DNA of 64,000 nucleotides. Origin: Candidatus Sulfomarinibacteraceae bacterium. GTDB taxonomy: Bacteria > Acidobacteriota > Thermoanaerobaculia > Thermoanaerobaculales > Sulfomarinibacteraceae. Positions 60,652 through 64,000 of this stretch are shown here, one piece after another. A program made the translations under genes and the position numbers. The DNA lies in NCBI GenBank assembly GCA_963823345.1, contig CAWGLE010000004.1, forward strand, positions 385,166 through 449,165, in the 5' to 3' direction. Positions within the stretch are counted from its first letter, which is position 1. Each line of letters begins with the position of its first letter. The notes below the pieces were generated by a model, which did no database searches, was not told the origin of the DNA, and saw only the letters and a program-made list of their open reading frames with translations.

Positions 60652-62097
60652 TCACTTCGCGAGAACCGAGTGGCGCCGCCCGTAGAGGAAGTAGATCAGC
60701 AACCCCAACCCGAGCCAGCCGGCGAAGCGCAGCCAGGTGACCCAGGGCAATCCGGCAGCCAGGAAGAGGCAGGCCGCCATCGACAGCAGCGGCAGGAACG
60801 GCACGAACGGCACCCGGAACGGGCGGGGGGCGTCGGGTTCGGAGGCCCGCAGGAAGATGACGCCCGCCGAGACGATGGCGAAGGCGAAGAGGGTGCCGAT
60901 GTTGGTGAGGTCCACCATCTCCTCGATGTTGGCGAAGCTTGCGAAGGCGGCCACCGCCAGACCGGTGATGATCGTCGCCACGTGCGGCGTGCGGTGCTTC
61001 GGGTGGACCTTCGCAAACACGGGTGGCAGCAGGCCGTCCCGCGACATCGAGAAGAAGATCCGCGGCTGGCCGAGCTGGAACACCAGCAGCACCGCCGTGT
61101 TCGCGGCCACCGATCCGATGGCCACGATCCCCGCCGCCCACCCGAGGTTGAAGCGGTTCATCGCCACCGCCAACGGCTCGGCCGTGTGCAGGTCGAACCA
61201 CGGCACCATGCCGGTGAGCACGACCGCCACCGCCACGTAGACCGCGGTCGAGATGGCGAGCGAGCCGATGATGCCGCGCGGCATGTTGCGGCCCGGGTCG
61301 CGGGTCTCCTCCGCGGCGGTCGACACGGCGTCGAAGCCGATGTAGGCGAAGAACACGATCGCCGCGCCCGCCCACACCCCGTGGAAGCCGTTCGGGAGGA
61401 AGGGCGTCCAGTTGGCGGTCTGGACGTAGAAGCACCCGACCACCACGAAGAACACGAGCACCGCGAGCTTCACGATCACCATCGCGATGTTGAGGCGCGA
61501 CGACTCTCGGATACCGTAGACGAGCACCCAGGTGAGGAGCAGCACGATCCCCGCCGCCGGCAGGTTGAAGACGATGGGGATGCCGCCGAGGTGCGGCGCG
61601 CCGGCGAGGATCTCGGGGGACGACAGCGCCGTCCGCAGGTCGGTCGCCAGCCAGCGCGGCACCTCGAGCCCGAGCCCGCGCAGCAGCTCGCAGAAGTAGC
61701 CCGACCACGAGATCGCCACCGCGACGTTGCCGACCGCATACTCGATGATGAGGTCCCAGCCGATGATCCATGCCACCAGCTCGCCGAGGCCGACGTAGGC
61801 GTAGGTGTAGGCCGAACCCGAGATCGGCACCATCGCGGCGAGCTCGGCGTAGCAGAGCGCCGCGAGGCTGCACACCGCCGCAGTCAGGATGAAGGACAGG
61901 ATGATCCCGGGGCCGGCTCCCGGCCGAGCCGCGTCGCCGGCGGCGGCGGTGCCGACCGTGGCGAAGATGCCGGCGCCGATGATGGCGCCGATGCCGAGAG
62001 CCGTCAGCTCCCAGGCCCCGAGGGTCCGGCGCAGCCCGCTGCGCGCACCTTCGGCCTGCAGGTCGGCGAAGGGCTTTCGGCGGAACAGGGAGTGCAC
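60652..62097 (-). CDS. APC-superfamily amino acid permease
   Basis: 481 aa. ...LRRTLGAWELTALGIGAIIGAGIFATVG... with about 12 hydrophobic segments. Confidence 0.85.
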   Translation of the reverse strand: MHSLFRRKPFADLQAEGARSGLRRTLGAWELTALGIGAIIGAGIFATVGTAAAGDAARPGAGPGIILSFILTAAVCSLAALCYAELAAMVPISGSAYTYAYVGLGELVAWIIGWDLIIEYAVGNVAVAISWSGYFCELLRGLGLEVPRWLATDLRTALSSPEILAGAPHLGGIPIVFNLPAAGIVLLLTWVLVYGIRESSRLNIAMVIVKLAVLVFFVVVGCFYVQTANWTPFLPNGFHGVWAGAAIVFFAYIGFDAVSTAAEETRDPGRNMPRGIIGSLAISTAVYVAVAVVLTGMVPWFDLHTAEPLAVAMNRFNLGWAAGIVAIGSVAANTAVLLVFQLGQPRIFFSMSRDGLLPPVFAKVHPKHRTPHVATIITGLAVAAFASFANIEEMVDLTNIGTLFAFAIVSAGVIFLRASEPDAPRPFRVPFVPFLPLLSMAACLFLAAGLPWVTWLRFAGWLGLGLLIYFLYGRRHSVLAK

Positions 62098-62201
62098 CGC
62101 GTCACACTACGCTCGGCCGCCCCAGCGCGCAAGGGGCACTGAGGTCGGCGGCGACCGTCTCGGGCTGTGCTTCTGCTAGAATCCGCCGTCCGGGCTGAGC
62201 C

Positions 62202-62468
62202 TTGAGCCCGCACGTCAGCCTCTTCCCCATCACCGAGTACTGGCCCTTCTACCTGGGCTTTCTGCTGCTCGTGTTTCTCCTGCTCGCGCTGGATCTCGGG
62301 CTCGTCCACCGCAAGGCCCACGCCGTTTCGATCCGCGAGGCCGCGACCTGGAGCGTCGTCTGGGTGAGCCTCGCCCATCCAACCTGGCCGGAATGTTTTC
62401 ACTCGCCCCCGCCGGCTGCAACCCCGCGCTCGCCGGAGCGCGGTTTATTCGGCGGAGACGGGGATTGA
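62202..62468 (+). pseudogene. TerC-family membrane protein remnant (only the first ~58 codons are TerC-like)
   Basis: TTG start. ...EYWPFYLGFLLLVFLLLALDLGLVHRKAHAVSIREAATWSVVWVSLA matches TerC/Alx N-termini. The sequence then degenerates, and no continuation is seen in any frame. Confidence 0.5.
62424..62450 (+). terminator. Terminator-like hairpin at the end of the TerC remnant
   Basis: CCGCGCTC, loop GCCG, GAGCGCGG, followed by TTTATTC. Confidence 0.45.
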
Positions 62469-62469
62469 G

Positions 62470-62775
62470 TCAGTTCGTCTCGGAGGTCCCGGGCGCCGCG
62501 ACCTGGGGCGGTTCCGCGATCGGTCCGAAGCTCCTCTCGTACATCTGGACGTTGTGGGTCAACGCGCGCAGGAGCTGTTTGGCCTGGAAGGGGTTCATGA
62601 TGATGCGCGCCACCACCGGGATGTCGTCGCGGCCGGGCAGCGTGCGGCCGAAGTCGAGCAGCACCTCGGAGTAGTTGTGCGCGATGCTCACGAAGTTGGA
62701 GTACTCGCCCATCCCGACCTCAGCGCCGATGGTCAACCGGGGGGGTTTGACGGTCTTGGCAGGTTGATCGCTCAT
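62470..62775 (-). CDS. DUF3467-like small protein
   Basis: GGAGG precedes ATG 62775. MSDQPAKTVKPPRLTIGAEVGMGEYSNFVSIAHNYSEVLLDFGRTLPG...ARIIMNPFQAKQLLRAL.... Confidence 0.65.
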   Translation of the reverse strand: MSDQPAKTVKPPRLTIGAEVGMGEYSNFVSIAHNYSEVLLDFGRTLPGRDDIPVVARIIMNPFQAKQLLRALTHNVQMYERSFGPIAEPPQVAAPGTSETN

Positions 62776-62874
62776 GGTTCCTCCCGCCCGCCGGAGAGCG
62801 GCGGGCTGTGGGGAGACGGTATCACGGCGATTTCCCGTTCCTGCGGTCGGCCGGGTTCGTGGCACAATCAGCCG

Positions 62875-63651
62875 GTGACCGATGACGCTCTCGTGGAGGT
62901 CTTTCGCCGTTGGGCGAACGACCGGGACCGCGGCGCCGCCGAGATCGAAGAGCAGTTGTTGGCGGGTCTGCTCGCGCTGCGTTCGCAGTGGACGCCGCAC
63001 GCTTTCGAGGTCGGGGCCCTTCTGCTCGCCGGCGGACAGACCGCGATGGCGCCGTTGCTCTCGCTTGCCCGGCGTATCGCCGAAAGCGGCCCCGGCGAAC
63101 TGGAGTCGTTCTTCGAGCAGCGGTTGGCCGTTCTACGGGCCGCCCCTGAGGCGTTGGCCGCCAACGCCCTACCGTGGATCGAACCCGCCGCTCGCGTCGT
63201 CACGATCTCTCGTTCGTCGGCCGTGGCGGCGGCCGTCGAGGGGGCGTGGCGGCACGGGTGGGCCGGCGAGGTCGTGGTTCTCGACGGGACCAGCGCAGGC
63301 CGGGGCGCCGAGCAGACGGAGCGGCTCGGCCGCCACGGTCCGGCGCTGTCGCAACCGGATGCGGCTGCGCCGCGGTGGCTCGATCTTCCCGATACACTCG
63401 TAGCGGTGGGCGCTGATGCCGTCGGACCCGACCGTTTCGTCAACTGCCTCGGGACCCGTATGCTCCTGGAGCTGGCGAACCCCCGGAATGTGCCAGCGAT
63501 TCTGGTCGCCGATCGCGGCAAGGACGTATCTGAGGAGAAACTGGAGTCGATTGCCGAGGCATTGCCACTGCACCGGGACGGCCCCGGCCGTGAGTGGGCT
63601 CTCTTCGAGGTGGTCCCGATGCATCTCGTGGCAGCGCGAATCCTCGATTGA
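62875..63651 (+). CDS. eIF-2B alpha/beta/delta-like (IF-2B family) protein
   Basis: GTG 62875. ...VVTISRSSAVAAAVEGA...VVVLDGTSAGRGAEQ...LVAVGADAVGPDRFVNCLGTRMLLELA...PAILVADRGKD.... Confidence 0.55.
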   Translation: MTDDALVEVFRRWANDRDRGAAEIEEQLLAGLLALRSQWTPHAFEVGALLLAGGQTAMAPLLSLARRIAESGPGELESFFEQRLAVLRAAPEALAANALPWIEPAARVVTISRSSAVAAAVEGAWRHGWAGEVVVLDGTSAGRGAEQTERLGRHGPALSQPDAAAPRWLDLPDTLVAVGADAVGPDRFVNCLGTRMLLELANPRNVPAILVADRGKDVSEEKLESIAEALPLHRDGPGREWALFEVVPMHLVAARILD

Positions 63652-63673
63652 GAATTGAGAATTGAATATTGAC
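63646..63673 (+). repeat. Four tandem AT-rich heptamers GATTGAG AATTGAG AATTGAA TATTGAC, overlapping the preceding stop codon
   Basis: Read directly. Same heptamer family as 18265-18299. Confidence 0.6.
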
Positions 63674-63700
63674 CCCTGCCGGTGTGCTAGAGTTCACCCC

Positions 63701-64000
63701 GTGCGAAAACTGAAACCGGTGTTGATGCTGTCCCTGGCCGGGTGTCTGGTCTCCATCGTGGGAGCCGGGCCGCCGCCCAGCGACTCCATCGACACCCTCA
63801 ACGGGAGCGCCAAGCTCGACGCCCTGATCGCGAGGGTGGTGGAGCAGCAACACGCGCTGCGCTCGCTGAGCGCTGATTTCGTGCAGCTCAAGAGGAGCGA
63901 GATGCTCCTCGAGGATGTCGAATCGTCGGGGGAGTTCCTGTTCCAGGCGCCGGACAAGGTGCGGTGGGACTACCGGAGACCGGACCCGATGGTGGTGGTT
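63701..64000 (+). CDS. LolA-like outer-membrane lipoprotein carrier family protein, N-terminal part (runs off the window)
   Basis: GTG 63701. VRKLKPVLMLSLAGCLVSIVGA signal...LRSLSADFVQLKRSEMLLEDVESSGEFLFQAPDKVRWDYRRPDP. Open to base 64000. Confidence 0.5.
   Translation, partial: MRKLKPVLMLSLAGCLVSIVGAGPPPSDSIDTLNGSAKLDALIARVVEQQHALRSLSADFVQLKRSEMLLEDVESSGEFLFQAPDKVRWDYRRPDPMVVV

Noticed and set aside
62098-62201. yybP-ykoY manganese riboswitch upstream of the TerC remnant
   Set aside because: No recognisable conserved core. The gene itself is truncated.

Overview
Very GC-rich bacterial chromosomal segment (G+C not computed). I recognised no rRNA, tRNA, CRISPR array, transposase or integrase. 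Layout: (1) 1-12.2 kb holds the end of the S10 operon plus complete spc and alpha ribosomal-protein operons (rplB to rplQ, with secY, map, infA, rpoA), all on +. There is no adk between secY and map, and L30 carries a 97-aa Lys/Ala/Pro-rich N-terminal extension. (2) 12.3-20.7 kb holds a lipoprotein, a beta-CASP MBL ribonuclease-like gene, an ElaB/DUF883-like gene, a large sensor histidine kinase, a ~550-bp highly structured non-coding island, and a GT39/PMT-like membrane glycosyltransferase apparently fused to NHL repeats. (3) 20.8-40.3 kb is the most unusual part. It contains two tandem paralogous type IV pilus tip modules (FimT/GspH-like, PilV, PilW, PilX, PilY1-like). Each carries an extra secreted MIDAS plus Thr/Pro-repeat protein between pilX and pilY1 and ends in a small Cys-motif membrane protein. 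No major pilin or pilus machinery lies in the window. The first copy has about 19 single-base frame changes; the second is nearly intact. (4) 40.3-64 kb holds an M16 peptidase, a 39-bp tandem repeat array, a Ser/Thr kinase plus MBL hydrolase (- strand), a MoxR-DUF58-DUF4381-BatA-BatB/C-BatD aerotolerance-type operon, GAF-GGDEF, HtrA, TrkH/KtrB-TrkA/KtrA, a HAMP protein, an APC permease (-), a TerC remnant, DUF3467 (-), an eIF-2B-like protein and a LolA-like gene start. Caveat: single-base frameshifts, mostly at short G/C runs, also occur in map, the glycosyltransferase, batB, pilX-2 and pilY1-2. The assembly probably contains homopolymer indel errors, so every pseudogene call here needs read-level confirmation. 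All domain assignments are by-eye motif recognition, not database searches.
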